From Acidobacteriota bacterium (GTDB taxonomy: Bacteria > Acidobacteriota > Thermoanaerobaculia > UBA5066 > Gp7-AA6): a stretch of 62,463 nt of DNA. Both the position numbers and the translations under genes were made by a program. Of this stretch, positions 61,322-62,463 are shown in pieces; position 1 is the first letter of the stretch; every line of letters begins with the position of its first letter. The notes beneath the pieces are model-generated. The model did not search any database. It worked only from the letters and a program-made list of their open reading frames with translations, and had not been told where the DNA came from. The DNA is taken from assembly GCA_046724475.1 (NCBI GenBank), contig JBKOVK010000013.1, positions 1 through 62,463 on the forward strand, given 5' to 3'.

Positions 61322-62059
61322 ATGAAGAAGGTGGTCTATACGGCGATCAGTGGTCTCGCCGTGCTCGTTCTCGCGGCGGCGACGAAGCCCAACGGAGCCG
61401 CGGACTGGTCCCTCAACGCCACGATCATCGAGGCGTGCAGCTGCAAGATGTTCTGCACCTGCTACTTCACGACCACGCCCGATCCGGCCCAGAGCGAAGG
61501 CCATCAGGGCCACGGGGAGGGCAAGCACTACTGCCGGTTCAACATGGCCTACAAGGTCAACAAGGGAAAGAGCGGCGACGTCGACCTCGCCGGCGCCAAG
61601 TTCTGGATCGCGGGCGATCTGGGTGATGATTTCGGCGACGGCCAGACCGACTGGGCGGAGGTGACCTTCGACCCCTCCGTCACCAAGGAGCAGCGGGACG
61701 CCATCGCCAAGGCACTGCTGGGGCCGGTCTATCCGTGGAAGTGGAAGTCCTTCACGGTCGGCAAGGATGCTCCGATCGAGTGGAACGGCGGGACGGAAAA
61801 GGCCGCGGCGAAGCTCGACGGCGGGAAGGGCGGCGAGATCGTGCTCGCGCACAACTCCACGGCCATGACTCCCGAGCCGACGGTGATCAAGAACCTGAAG
61901 TACTTCGCGGCGCCGCGCAACGACGGATTCGTGCTGATGCCGAGCCAGCTCGAAGCCTACCGGCGCGGAGACAACGCCTTCGAGTACAAGGGCACGAACG
62001 GATTCATGATCACCGTCGACGTCAAGTCGAGCGACGTGAAGGAGCCGAAGACTCCGTAG
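61322..62059 (+). CDS. exported DUF1326-like protein
   Basis: ATG 61322 is preceded by AAAGGAGG. Signal peptide MKKVVYTAISGLAVLVLAAA. WSLNATIIEACSCKMFCTCYF resembles the Cys-rich N-terminal DUF1326 motif. The track start 61274 lacks an SD. Confidence 0.55.
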   Translation: MKKVVYTAISGLAVLVLAAATKPNGAADWSLNATIIEACSCKMFCTCYFTTTPDPAQSEGHQGHGEGKHYCRFNMAYKVNKGKSGDVDLAGAKFWIAGDLGDDFGDGQTDWAEVTFDPSVTKEQRDAIAKALLGPVYPWKWKSFTVGKDAPIEWNGGTEKAAAKLDGGKGGEIVLAHNSTAMTPEPTVIKNLKYFAAPRNDGFVLMPSQLEAYRRGDNAFEYKGTNGFMITVDVKSSDVKEPKTP

Positions 62060-62071
62060 TAAAATCGACGC

Positions 62072-62460
62072 GGCTCCGAGCGGGCCACGCGATCGCTCCG
62101 GGACGATTCGTTCCGGAGAGGAAAGTCCGAACTCCATACGGGCGGCATGCCGGGTAATCCCCGGTCGCGGCGACGCGAAGGAAAGTGCCACAGAGAACAA
62201 ACCGCCCTCCGAAAGGACGGCAAGGGTGAAACGGTGCGGTAAGAGCGCACCGCTCCTCCGGCAACGGAGGGGGCACGGCAAACCCCATGCGGAGCAAGGC
62301 CAAATAGGGAGGCAGCGGGCGCCCGTCCCGCCTCACGTCACGTGAGCTGCCTCCGGGTCGGCTGCTCGAGCCCGAGGGCGACCTCGGGCCCAGAGGAATG
62401 ATCGCGGCCCCGCCCTCGCGGCGGGGAACCGAATTCGGCTTATCGGCCCGCTCGGGGCTC
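62072..62460 (+). ncRNA. rnpB: RNase P RNA, bacterial type A (complete; P1 closes at both ends)
   Basis: Universal elements read directly: GAGAGGAAAGUCCGAACUCC (62116-62135), AGGGUGAAACGGUGCGGUAAGAGCGCACC, GGCAAACCCCA, and the P4 3' strand GAACCGAAUUCGGCUUAUCGG. The 5' ggctccgagcgggcc pairs with the 3' ggcccgctcggggctc. End coordinates are accurate to a few nt. Confidence 0.9.
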
Positions 62461-62463
62461 TTT

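Overview
The window is a GC-rich (by eye about two-thirds G+C, not computed), densely packed core-chromosome segment from a diderm bacterium. Gene content and synteny resemble Acidobacteriota or Myxococcota-type genomes, but taxonomy cannot be proven from the sequence. All protein family calls were made by eye from conserved motifs; no homology search was possible.

I can support about 59 protein genes, two tRNAs (Lys-UUU on the minus strand, Gln-UUG on the plus strand) and a complete type-A RNase P RNA at the right edge. A 5'-partial aconitase gene runs off the left edge. Neither the aconitase nor rnpB appears in the supplied ORF track.

Recognisable blocks:
- hemX-like/hemA/hemC/hemD/hemB/hemL
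- two cation/proton antiporters and a POT peptide transporter
- purA and hutH-hutU
- DUF465-psd-pssA and tsaB-rimI
- mutS-nagZ, ssb, murJ-dtd
- TPR/LolB-like/ispE/spoVG/tRNA-Gln ... prs-rplY-pth-rpsF-rpsR-DUF2232-rplI
- a class A PBP, uvrB and uvrC

I saw no transposase, integrase, phage, CRISPR, restriction or toxin-antitoxin genes. Many long ORFs in the track are off-frame or antisense artefacts of high GC.

Most interesting observations:
1. A minus-strand five-gene cluster in which two ATPase-less MshEN/T2SSE_N + GAF-like paralogs (both keeping tandem c-di-GMP-type motifs) bracket an IHF/HU gene, next to a site-2 protease.
2. A pair of DUF4388/PATAN-like proteins, one membrane-spanning with a SPOR domain and one with a J-domain, translationally coupled to uvrC.
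3. pth and psd, which can only be full length if they initiate at CTG.
4. Recurrent TAGAAT-like -10 boxes 6-9 nt before start codons, which suggests leaderless operon-first genes.
5. A secreted 7-bladed Vgb-like propeller fused to three Cys-containing SLH-like modules.
6. A 1305-aa orphan NtrY-like kinase coupled to a lipoprotein, directly after hutHU.
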